Positions 47,443-56,984 of a stretch of DNA of 64,000 bases are shown piece by piece. Positions within the stretch are counted from its first letter, which is position 1. The number at the start of each line of letters is the position of its first letter. Below the pieces are notes generated by a model. The model was not told the DNA's origin and made no database searches. It was given only the letters and a program-made list of their open reading frames with translations. A program made the position numbers and the translations under genes. Source of the DNA: Chloroflexota bacterium (GTDB lineage Bacteria; Chloroflexota; Ktedonobacteria; Ktedonobacterales; JACDGC01); the NCBI GenBank assembly GCA_021778805.1, contig JAJYBV010000002.1:18526-82525 (forward strand), written 5' to 3'.

Positions 47443-49713
47443 TCAGGCAGCCAAAGATATGGGTAAAATTAGCCGCACTATGCTGCCGCTGCCCGGCTGG
47501 CTTTCAATGTGCAGCGCGCCGCCAAATTCCGCCGCGCGATCGCGCATACCCCGCAAACCAAAATGTCCGCTGGCTGTAAGCGCTGTTTCGGGCAAAAATC
47601 CGGCGCCATCATCTTTTACAACAACTTGCAACGTATTTTTTTCATGGGCAACTGTAATCAGCACACTATGCGCCATAGCGTGTTTGCGAACATTCGCCAG
47701 CGCTTCTTGAATAACTCGGAAAATTGGCGCGCGGAGTTCATGCGGAATATCATTTTCAGAACATCCGGCAAAAGAAATCTGCAAATCGGGAATATTAGTT
47801 GAATAATCATCTAAAAGGGCCTGTATAGCGCCGTTAAATCCCAATTCCTCCAATTGCGCCGGAGCAAGCGCAGAAATGCTGTGCCGCAAATCATTCAAAC
47901 TCATTGCCAATACCTGGCGTGCGCCTTCAGCTTCTGCCTTTGCCCGATCGGCGTCTTCATCTACCAGCCGCTGCACCAATTCCAGCCGCAACATTAAATG
48001 CGCCAGATTCTGCGCAACTCCATCGTGAATTTCGCGGGCGATTCTGCGGCGTTCGTGGTCTACCGCTGCTTCCCCAGCCTGAATAGTTAATTGAGCGTTG
48101 TGCAGTAAAAGCGCTGCCGCGTTGACCATTGATGTCAGCAGCAGCAGGCGGTCTCCGGAAAGTGGTGAGCTGTCTTGGGGGCGCAGCGCCACCCAGCCGA
48201 ATACATTATTTTGCGCAAAAAGCGGAGCCAACGCGAAACCACGCCGTTGTGTCATCTCATTATTGGCAGATTGCGCAAGTTCCGCCGCAGTTTTTATCCA
48301 TGCGCCAGCATCATCACTGCTGGCGGCGGCAGGCTTAAATATGATATCGGTTTCGCTGCGCAGCAATAAAACGACTTTAGCCGGAGCAAAAACTTGGGCA
48401 ATTTCAAGAACAATTGCTTTGCGCAGCTGCTCCATATGCGGGCGGGTTGTGGGCAAAGAACTGATCGATCGCAGCGCGCCTAAATCGCGCATACGCAGCA
48501 AAACATTTTCTACACCCAAAGCTACCTGTTGGCAAACATTCGTTATAAATATTGTTTCATTTTGCGCCAACGGAGCGTGAATATGCGCGCTATCCTCAGT
48601 TTGTAGCATCAAAGCCGGTAAATCTGTGCGCAGCCGATGCGATTCATCCCAAACACTGGTGTTATAGCGAATAACATGCGGATCATCTTCTGCAATAATA
48701 TCTATTGCGTTTTCCCATGCAATCACCGCAATACAAGTACTTCGCAAAATAACCGGGGCCAATACCAGCCGCGAACCGGCGGGGCTAACATCACAGCGAA
48801 TTGCCACCACCATTGCGTTATGGTTTTCCTGCATTTCTTGCGCAAACGCGCTTAGTTGATCCATAGATTGCCGCGAAAGCTGTCCGCTGACAAAAATATT
48901 ATTTTTTTGCCGGCTATTTTTTTTAGAGTCGGTAATATAAATAATTCCGCAACCGGTTGCTTCCAGCGCGTCACGCAGGGATCCCGCTGATTTAGTAAGA
49001 AAAGACGCAACACTATCACTAATATTAGAAGTTCTGGTTAATTCGTATAATGTTGTTTGTTCCCTAGCCATATTGCTTATTCCGGCAAATAAAACGGCGT
49101 TGCTTAGCGCATGGGCGGCTATGCTGCTGATAAGACTGGTAAACTGAATTTCATCGTTTGTAAATGCGTCGATTCTGCGGCGCACAATGCACGCTACATA
49201 TCCCGGGCCGCGCTGCGGATCGATTGGCGAAGCCAGCAAAGACCGCGGATGATCGTTGTTGGTGGTTAAATACTGCGAATGCCGCGATGTATCTGGCGCA
49301 TAAATAACCCGATGCTGCGCCGCTGCCATAGCCACTAACCCTTCGTCAGGTCCAAATAATATTTTGGCGCGGGTAATATCAATATTGCACTGGGCAACCA
49401 TCCGCAAATATCCTGTATCTTCAATAATAAACAAACTTACGGTGTCCGCATTTAAAGCATCGGATAAACCCTCTACTATTGATTGGCATAAATCATCATG
49501 CTCTAATGTAACGGATAAACTTTGGCTGAGTGTAAACAAAGCGTTTGCTTGATGTTCCTGCTGCTCTGCTCGTGCAACAGCCTGAGCGTAATCTGCCTGC
49601 AGCAGCTGGCGTTCATTAATCGATTCTTCGTATTGTGCGCGGGTGGTATTTTGCTGGTGGCTGCGCCGCAAATAATCTTTGCGTTTATCGTCTCGATGTA
49701 AGTCATTAATCAT
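47443..49713 (-). CDS. multi-GAF sensor histidine kinase, HisKA_3 (NarL-partner) type
   Basis: 756 aa. H-box IAREIHDGVAQNL. HATPase_c (VIQEALANVRKHA, DDGAGF, GHFGLRGMRDR). Confidence 0.85.
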   Translation of the reverse strand: MINDLHRDDKRKDYLRRSHQQNTTRAQYEESINERQLLQADYAQAVARAEQQEHQANALFTLSQSLSVTLEHDDLCQSIVEGLSDALNADTVSLFIIEDTGYLRMVAQCNIDITRAKILFGPDEGLVAMAAAQHRVIYAPDTSRHSQYLTTNNDHPRSLLASPIDPQRGPGYVACIVRRRIDAFTNDEIQFTSLISSIAAHALSNAVLFAGISNMAREQTTLYELTRTSNISDSVASFLTKSAGSLRDALEATGCGIIYITDSKKNSRQKNNIFVSGQLSRQSMDQLSAFAQEMQENHNAMVVAIRCDVSPAGSRLVLAPVILRSTCIAVIAWENAIDIIAEDDPHVIRYNTSVWDESHRLRTDLPALMLQTEDSAHIHAPLAQNETIFITNVCQQVALGVENVLLRMRDLGALRSISSLPTTRPHMEQLRKAIVLEIAQVFAPAKVVLLLRSETDIIFKPAAASSDDAGAWIKTAAELAQSANNEMTQRRGFALAPLFAQNNVFGWVALRPQDSSPLSGDRLLLLTSMVNAAALLLHNAQLTIQAGEAAVDHERRRIAREIHDGVAQNLAHLMLRLELVQRLVDEDADRAKAEAEGARQVLAMSLNDLRHSISALAPAQLEELGFNGAIQALLDDYSTNIPDLQISFAGCSENDIPHELRAPIFRVIQEALANVRKHAMAHSVLITVAHEKNTLQVVVKDDGAGFLPETALTASGHFGLRGMRDRAAEFGGALHIESQPGSGSIVRLILPISLAA

Positions 49714-49879
49714 AGTATGATTCCTTTTCTCTGATCAGCTATCCAAATGCATGTAAATAATTCAGTCATTTTATTTTTACGATACAGGCAAACGCCAAAT
49801 CACATAGGATCTTTTTCGGATGTTTCCTAAAATATCTGAAGAAAACTACCTAATTGTCGATACATAAGTCAAAAGGGGT

Positions 49880-51739
49880 GTGCATGCATATATGTCTGAT
49901 TTTTTACCAAACAACTATTCTATCGATCCAAAAAATATTAGGTTTGGTTTCTGGTTTCTTATAGATACTCAAGGTGTTATATTATGGGATAATATCGCGG
50001 GAAATACCCAAAGCGCCTTGATGGGGCAAAATATCTGTGAATATTTGGCGTTGCCGCAACATTTATTTTCGGAATATGGAACTATTGATATTACAGCAAT
50101 TGAAGAACGCAGTGAACAAATGGCGTTGAAAATAGATGATGACACCATATTGTTAGTTGAAACTAATGGCGCCAAAACAGAAAATCCGCATATTTTTCTG
50201 TTATTTTGCAAAGATATTACACAGCAAAGCGCCATGTTGGATGAAATGACGCACTCACTTTTTGAAACCGAAGAATTATCGAAACAATTTGAATTAGCGT
50301 TGGATTCTGTGCAAGACGGCCTGGCAATTTATAACGAATATGGCAAAGAAATATTTCGTAATTCCGCAAACAAACGCATTTTGGGAACAACCGAAAAATT
50401 TGAAATATTTGCAAATTTACCATCAGAAAATCTGCCGTTTACTCTGTTTACCACAGATAACACCCGAATAACGCCTGCTAATTTTCCAATATCGCGTGTT
50501 TTACGCGGTGAAGAACCGGATCCGCCAACCGATTATATTATTGAACACGCAAATGGCGAGCGACGGAATGTATTGATGCATGCAATGGCAATTTATAATT
50601 CAGTAAAAGATTTTGCTGGCGGCATCAGTATTGTGAGGGATATAACTTCTGAATATAGAGAGCGGCAATATAATGAAATACTTATGGAACTTGCGCGTTC
50701 TTGCGCCGAGATGCTGAACGAGCAAGAAATTGCACAAAAAGCGATGCAGGTGTTAACGAAAGGTCTGCATTTGCCAAATTACTCCATTAATGTTACAGAC
50801 CCGTTTGATCCTGCTTTCATGCATAATTTGGCAATTTATTTTGATAATAACCTAACAGCAGATGAAATTGAATATATTCGGCAATCCGTTGAAACGATTA
50901 AATTATCCAATTTAAAAGGCACTTTAACCGAAGAAACTATCGCTACCGGCAAAGCGCGCTTTAATATTGACGCGCCGCCTATCTATGTAAACGACACGTT
51001 AACTAAACAAATTGTGCCGTTTTATTCTGCCGCTACATTGCCTTTAAAATATCATGACACAATTTTTGGCGCAATCACTCTGGGAGATAGCAAACCGGGA
51101 AATTTTTATTGGGATATCGGCCGGCAATCACTGATTAGCGCAATGAGTGAAGAAATTGCTTTGGCGCTGCACCGCGCACGTTTATATGAACAATCTCAGC
51201 AGTTAGCTTTTACGGATCCATTAACTGGGCTGGCCAACCATAGGGCTTTACAGGAAAATTTAAAAAAATTGCTGGAAGAGTCGAGAAAAACTGGCTCCGT
51301 CATTTCAGTCATTATGCTGGATATCGATCATTTTCGTCAATTTAATGAAAGATTTGGTCACGATATCGGCGATTTAGCGCTTAAAACCGTTGCGAAAGCA
51401 ATACACCAATCAGTTCGCTCTATCGATCATTGTTCCAGATATGGCGGAGAGGAATTTACCGTTATTTTGCCTAAAACTCCCTATGATATTGCCCAACTGG
51501 TTGCGGAACGCATACGGCAAGCTATAGCAGCGGCTACACTGCAAATTGACTCTGAAACAATGCATATTACGGCGTCTTTAGGTTTTGCGTCTTATCCGCA
51601 GCATGCACAAAAACAAGAAGATCTCTTAAAACGCGCGGATATTGCGCTGTATGAATCGAAACACAACGGAAGAAACCGGGTAACCGGTTATACACCGGAA
51701 ATTGATGACACCGCATCTATCAAGCGCAATGCGGCATAA
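49880..51739 (+). CDS. PAS/GAF-containing diguanylate cyclase (GGDEF)
   Basis: 619 aa. Active site RYGGEEF with the I-site RSID five residues upstream. DPLTGLANHR at the start of the GGDEF domain. Start codon uncertain (GTG 49880 or ATG 49892). Confidence 0.9.
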   Translation: MHAYMSDFLPNNYSIDPKNIRFGFWFLIDTQGVILWDNIAGNTQSALMGQNICEYLALPQHLFSEYGTIDITAIEERSEQMALKIDDDTILLVETNGAKTENPHIFLLFCKDITQQSAMLDEMTHSLFETEELSKQFELALDSVQDGLAIYNEYGKEIFRNSANKRILGTTEKFEIFANLPSENLPFTLFTTDNTRITPANFPISRVLRGEEPDPPTDYIIEHANGERRNVLMHAMAIYNSVKDFAGGISIVRDITSEYRERQYNEILMELARSCAEMLNEQEIAQKAMQVLTKGLHLPNYSINVTDPFDPAFMHNLAIYFDNNLTADEIEYIRQSVETIKLSNLKGTLTEETIATGKARFNIDAPPIYVNDTLTKQIVPFYSAATLPLKYHDTIFGAITLGDSKPGNFYWDIGRQSLISAMSEEIALALHRARLYEQSQQLAFTDPLTGLANHRALQENLKKLLEESRKTGSVISVIMLDIDHFRQFNERFGHDIGDLALKTVAKAIHQSVRSIDHCSRYGGEEFTVILPKTPYDIAQLVAERIRQAIAAATLQIDSETMHITASLGFASYPQHAQKQEDLLKRADIALYESKHNGRNRVTGYTPEIDDTASIKRNAA

Positions 51740-51775
51740 ATAGCAATTTACGCAATTGCTATAGTGCTGTTTTAT
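51740..51775 (+). terminator. AT-rich terminator-like hairpin after the cyclase gene
   Basis: ATAGCAATT-TACGC-AATTGCTAT, followed by AGTGCTGTTTTA. Confidence 0.4.
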
Positions 51776-52183
51776 GTGAATAATTTGTTTTATCTGGCGC
51801 CAAACATGCTTATAAAATTTTGGCGCAATCTCAATATTCCGCGCAGACATACAAAAAGCGCTGGCTCTGATTTTTTACGTAGAACTTTTCATTGGTCAAC
51901 GCCGAACGTCCTATTTTTTTTGAGGAAATCTGTATATTATTAAAGATTATAGTATCGCTTACGGCAGAAATATAGACCTGTTTTCAAAACAATTGTTTCA
52001 GAAAGATGCTCACATGCCGACGCTAATTTTTGCAGGGAATTTGCTGATAAATTATTGTTCTGCCTGTTAATGGGATATAATCTTGCGTTTCTCTTTAAGG
52101 ATATTTTTCAATGCGTAACCTTTGTGAAGATATTTGTTCTACATACTATGAACGCATCCGCGAAAGGGATTTGACAGACAGAC

Positions 52184-54895
52184 ATGGAAGCATCAATATT
52201 ACTTAGCCGTTTTGAACACGCGCAATTGGTTTCGGAGCACTTGAAACACTTGCGCGGCGATACCAGCCATGATGTTGTTGGCGTTTTTTCATCGGTTGAA
52301 CCACTTTTTTTGCAGGCAGTGGTTCAACAAACCGAAAAAACATATACTCCAAAAGAATTCTTTCAGCGAATTGCCGGATCTTTACCTGGGCCTCTTCGCG
52401 CAAAACTTTATCCAAGGCTCAGCAGCTCGCCAACAAAGTTCGATCTGGTTATTATTCAGCATCCCAACAAAGTTCAGTTTGCCAAAGCATTGCAATATAC
52501 CAAAATCGGCGGCGCTATTTTAGCAATAGATCCCGGCTTTTTCTTTAAAGAATTACCCGAGAAAATGTATGACGCAACCATCGATCGCGATATCCCTTTT
52601 GCTGAATGCATTGAAATACCCGGCGCAGGTTTACTGTGTGTAAAAGGCCCGCAGGTATCGGTCATTGTCCCTGTGTATAATGCGTTTCGTGAAACGAAAG
52701 AATTGCTGCAAAGTGTTGGCCGCACGCACGCCGGTTACCCCGTTACATGGAAGTTTGCCAACGACGCCTCGCCTGATCCGCAGATTAAAGAGCTATTATC
52801 CGAAGCGGCAAATACTGCTAATCCGCGCATACTGTATGCTGAAAATCCCAAAAATTTAGGTTTTGTCGGCACTTGCAATGAACATACCGCGCAGGCAATT
52901 GGCCAAGATGTTGTGCTGCTAAACAGCGATACGGTTGTGTGTGATGGATGGCTGCGCAAGTTAGTTGAAACAGCCTATAGCTCCAATGATATTGCTACGG
53001 TTACACCTATTTCAAATAACGCATCGATTTATTCGGTTTTTAAAGGTGTTTTGCCGCACAATGAAATTCAGCAAACATTGGATAATCTGCATATCGATCC
53101 GGTTACTATTCCCACCGCGATGGGATATTGCATGTTTATTAAACGTGAGGTTATTGACAGAATCGGCCTGTTCGACCCTGTTTTTGGCGTAGGATACGGT
53201 GAAGAAAATGATTTTTGTCAGCGCGCCATTTCCGCAGGTTATCGGCATATGCTTGCTCCGCATGTTTTCGTGTACCATTCCGGTGGAGCTTCTATGATTG
53301 CCGCCAATGTTCATACCGTTGAAACAAATACTGTGGAGAAAAATGAAAAAATATTGCTGCGCCGCTATCCTTTATACGCCGCCAATGTCGAAAAATTTAT
53401 CGAAAGCGGCGCAATGGAAAAACTTAAGGACTTTCTCATCGGATCTTACATGCAGCATGGCGCCGCGCGCCGCAAAGCAATAATGATTTTATTGCACACA
53501 AATATAACACAGGATATTATTGGCGGCACTGAATTTTATATTAAAGAAATGGTTCGCGACCTTGCCCAAAATTATATTTTTTATGTGCTTTCACCTGAAG
53601 GGCAAGGGATTACAGTCACGATTTTCTTAGATGGCGCACAGTTTAGCCGGCAATGGGTTTCAAAAGATTTTGGTGAATTGCTGGACCTAATTCACCCATC
53701 TATTATACATATCAATCATACAAAAGATGCGCCAAGTGAGTTGCTGGAGGCAATTTTACAATCGCCGGCGCCGAAAATATATACGGTTCATGATTATTAT
53801 TCGCTGTGCAAACATTATGCGCTGCTTGATTCTACTAACCACTTTTGTGAAGTTCCCGATACAGCGCGCTGCGCTGCTTGCGCAAAAATTTTGTTTCCGA
53901 ACCAGCCAAATGCCCCATTCCGGCAGCGCCGCTTCGCTAAAGATATTATCGACAATGCTGCGTGCGTTATCTTTCCAACCGAAGCGGCGCGCGCAATATT
54001 TCAGCGCGGCGTTCATATTGATGACGCTCAAACACGCATTATTCCTAATCCAGATATATATCCCATACGCGCAGACGCAGGAAAGTCGATTTTAGCAAGA
54101 CAAAAATATAAAGAATTTGCCGAACAATTGCAGCAATTGCCGGCAGAATATCTGCGTGTTGGTGTCATCGGATATAATTCCCCACTGAAAGGCTCAAATC
54201 TTTCACAAAATATTGTTTCGCAAATGAGCCAAGATAAGGTGGTGTTTATTTCTTTTGGTGAAATGACACAACACATAAAAAGATCCCATTTACTGCAAAC
54301 CGGAAAATATCAGCGTGATGAAATTATCGATCTTATTCGGGAATCTAAAGTTGATGTTATGCTGTTGCTTTCCCCTTGGCCGGAAACATTCAGCTATACG
54401 CTTTCGGAAACGTGGATGGCTGGCGTGCCTGCTATTGTCAGCCCATATGGCGCATTTACCGAGAGAGTTCAGCAAACCGGCGCGGGTATTGTTGCCTCTG
54501 AATATACCGCGATGGAATTTATTAAAATTATTCGCAGCATCATTTCAAACCGTGATATGCTTATACCGCTCCGCGAATCTGTTAGAATTGCGCCACATGA
54601 AAATTCCTATGCGCGCTTGCTGGATGTATATCAAGAGTTTGCAACTGAACAAATTCCTATTGCGCCTCCGCGATTTTGGGGCGCATCACTCCAGTTCGCT
54701 CCTATCGTCCATTACACTCCCATTCGTTCACCTTTCATAAAAAGTTTGGTTCAACTGCGGCTGCGCCTTATCCCTATTCGTTCCCGCAGGGAAAAAATAT
54801 ATCAGTTAGGATTAAAAATATTTGCCAAAGCGGTACGTTACGTTTTTAAAAATCGGAAAGCGCGGAATACCGAAGTTTCACAAAATTATCTGTAA
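52184..54895 (+). CDS. bifunctional GT2 + GT4-like glycosyltransferase with an N-terminal methyltransferase-like remnant
   Basis: 903 aa. GT2 core VSVIVPVYNA..NDASPD..LNSDTVV..GEENDFCQRA. C-terminal GT-B part with ETFSYTLSETWMAGVPAIVSPYGAF. Confidence 0.85.
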   Translation: MEASILLSRFEHAQLVSEHLKHLRGDTSHDVVGVFSSVEPLFLQAVVQQTEKTYTPKEFFQRIAGSLPGPLRAKLYPRLSSSPTKFDLVIIQHPNKVQFAKALQYTKIGGAILAIDPGFFFKELPEKMYDATIDRDIPFAECIEIPGAGLLCVKGPQVSVIVPVYNAFRETKELLQSVGRTHAGYPVTWKFANDASPDPQIKELLSEAANTANPRILYAENPKNLGFVGTCNEHTAQAIGQDVVLLNSDTVVCDGWLRKLVETAYSSNDIATVTPISNNASIYSVFKGVLPHNEIQQTLDNLHIDPVTIPTAMGYCMFIKREVIDRIGLFDPVFGVGYGEENDFCQRAISAGYRHMLAPHVFVYHSGGASMIAANVHTVETNTVEKNEKILLRRYPLYAANVEKFIESGAMEKLKDFLIGSYMQHGAARRKAIMILLHTNITQDIIGGTEFYIKEMVRDLAQNYIFYVLSPEGQGITVTIFLDGAQFSRQWVSKDFGELLDLIHPSIIHINHTKDAPSELLEAILQSPAPKIYTVHDYYSLCKHYALLDSTNHFCEVPDTARCAACAKILFPNQPNAPFRQRRFAKDIIDNAACVIFPTEAARAIFQRGVHIDDAQTRIIPNPDIYPIRADAGKSILARQKYKEFAEQLQQLPAEYLRVGVIGYNSPLKGSNLSQNIVSQMSQDKVVFISFGEMTQHIKRSHLLQTGKYQRDEIIDLIRESKVDVMLLLSPWPETFSYTLSETWMAGVPAIVSPYGAFTERVQQTGAGIVASEYTAMEFIKIIRSIISNRDMLIPLRESVRIAPHENSYARLLDVYQEFATEQIPIAPPRFWGASLQFAPIVHYTPIRSPFIKSLVQLRLRLIPIRSRREKIYQLGLKIFAKAVRYVFKNRKARNTEVSQNYL

Positions 54896-55196
54896 CTATA
54901 TTGGTGTTTCTTAGTAACCCTATAAGTGTGTTACTGGCAAGGAACCACATGCGGAAACGGAGGGATGTAATTGCTCATATTCCTCCTCAAAAAAGAAAGG
55001 AACTTAATATGTCACACGTGTTTGTTTTGGATATTGCCCAAAAATTGTATACACCAAGCACATCTGCGCAAACACGATGGGCTATTCAACTAAGAGGTCT
55101 TTTATATCCCACAAAGAAAGAAGGTCTCGCCTGATAGTGAGCAGGCATGTTCTTCCCATTCTTAATAAAAGGGATTTTACCTGCCTGAATTTTTAG

Positions 55197-56984
55197 ATGC
55201 ATAAAATATTACCCAATCAACAAAGTTCGGCATGGTATCAATCAACGCAACGCAATTCTATATTTTTTAGCAGCGTCACTCGCTATTTTTCTAAATTTGG
55301 CAGGCGGCGCGCTGTACAGTTGCGTAGCTTATCCACCGTAAAATTAGAATCAATAGATATTTCAGCAAAAAAACAGCCAGCTATTGCTGAAACTCCCAAA
55401 AAGTCCTTCAGCGTAAAATTTTTAGAGCTGTTTATCGGATCTCAAGCCGATTCCCACCTATTGGCTTTAGATACACTCCGAGGCTTAGCCGTAGCTTTCG
55501 TAGTGATCTATCATATTTGGCGATTTTCAAATTCTATTCCTCTGCCCATGCAGGCGCAAATTGGATCTGTAAATATTCAAATATTTTGGGATAAATTTAT
55601 TTCCGGTATGGGAGACGGGGTTGATATATTTTTTGTTCTCAGTGGCTTTTTATTATCATTGCCATGGCATAAAGCATATTATGCCCATAAACCCAAACCA
55701 TCCGTTTCAGTTTATTTCCGGCGCCGCTTCATCCGTATAGTGCCGCCATTTTGGTTTATGCTCACCCTCATTCTTTTGTTTTGGACGAATAACCACATTG
55801 CCTGGAATATTGTAGCCGGCGGCCGGCAAATATTAGATATTGTTGCAACATATCTTTTTATGCACCAGCTTTTCCCCGAAACATCTTCGCTTTGGGGCGT
55901 TAACGGCGCTATGTGGACGCTTACTATTGAGATGATTTTTTATATTGTTTTGCCGCTTTTGGTGCGCGCCTTTATTGGCAAAAGATGGATATTCGGGCTT
56001 GCAATCAGCGGTGTCATCTCTTTTTTATACTTATATTTGGCCAAATATTCATTGCAGCCGTTATTTCAATTTTATTCATCTTCAGTAGCGCAATACCATG
56101 TGCCGGCAGCCAATATTCGCATGTTTATGGGGCATCAGTTTCCATCTGTGCTGGTCGAATTCGGTATTGGGATGACGCTGGCAAATTATTATGTGTATCG
56201 CGAAACGCACCCGCATACACCGCTGGTTCAATTACTCGATAAACAGCTCTATGCCGGTATTGCTTCTATTGCCGGGATCATCTTGCTTGTTTATTCGTTG
56301 TACACTACTGAGTTTACTTCTTCTAATACCTTGTTATATCTTACAAATTCATTCACAGCGGCAATGGCGGCGGCGCTGCTGATATTTGGGTCTTTTCATG
56401 CGTCTCAGTTTGCCCAATCCATATATGGGTTTTTACCGCTGCGGTTTATTGGTGTTATTGGCTACTCTGTGTTCCTTTGGCATTTTCCAATTGTTCAAGA
56501 TATGAGCCAATTTCCAGTGTTCAGTCAATACAAAGGCATTATGTTTTATCAAATTTTCACTTTAAGTGTGTTGCCGGTTATTTTACTTATCAGCATACTC
56601 ATGTTTTTCATAGCTGAAAAACCGTGTATTGATTATCGTATCTCATCCGGCGCAAAAACACCGAAGAAATCCGCAAAAAATGTATCACCAACAAATGAAA
56701 TAAAATACAATCAGCCCAATCAACAGACTAGTTCAGCAGAAACAGGCGGCTTTATGCCTGTTCCGCAACCACAAGAGCCAATAGCGTTACACAGGCTCCA
56801 CACAAACAAATTAACCGTTGTTTCGGGCAATACACTAAAATCTCCCGATTTAGATGAAACTGCTGATTTAGATACAAATTCTATGCGTTATTTGAGAAAT
56901 TTGCATAACCTTTCTCAAGATGACATACCGGAACAAGACACAAAAAAATATTCGGCATATCCTAAAGGAAGATCGCAATGCTAA
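55197..56984 (+). CDS. acyltransferase family 3 membrane protein with an extended hydrophilic C-terminus
   Basis: 595 aa. LDTLRGLAVAFVVIYHIW is the acyltransferase_3 N-terminal signature. About 10 TM helices. Confidence 0.8.
   Translation: MHKILPNQQSSAWYQSTQRNSIFFSSVTRYFSKFGRRRAVQLRSLSTVKLESIDISAKKQPAIAETPKKSFSVKFLELFIGSQADSHLLALDTLRGLAVAFVVIYHIWRFSNSIPLPMQAQIGSVNIQIFWDKFISGMGDGVDIFFVLSGFLLSLPWHKAYYAHKPKPSVSVYFRRRFIRIVPPFWFMLTLILLFWTNNHIAWNIVAGGRQILDIVATYLFMHQLFPETSSLWGVNGAMWTLTIEMIFYIVLPLLVRAFIGKRWIFGLAISGVISFLYLYLAKYSLQPLFQFYSSSVAQYHVPAANIRMFMGHQFPSVLVEFGIGMTLANYYVYRETHPHTPLVQLLDKQLYAGIASIAGIILLVYSLYTTEFTSSNTLLYLTNSFTAAMAAALLIFGSFHASQFAQSIYGFLPLRFIGVIGYSVFLWHFPIVQDMSQFPVFSQYKGIMFYQIFTLSVLPVILLISILMFFIAEKPCIDYRISSGAKTPKKSAKNVSPTNEIKYNQPNQQTSSAETGGFMPVPQPQEPIALHRLHTNKLTVVSGNTLKSPDLDETADLDTNSMRYLRNLHNLSQDDIPEQDTKKYSAYPKGRSQC

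Noticed and set aside
54901-55134. 77-aa ORF between the GT2 gene and the acyltransferase gene
   Set aside because: It has a non-ATG start in the track, no RBS, and a basic low-complexity sequence without motifs. It is more likely non-coding spacer.
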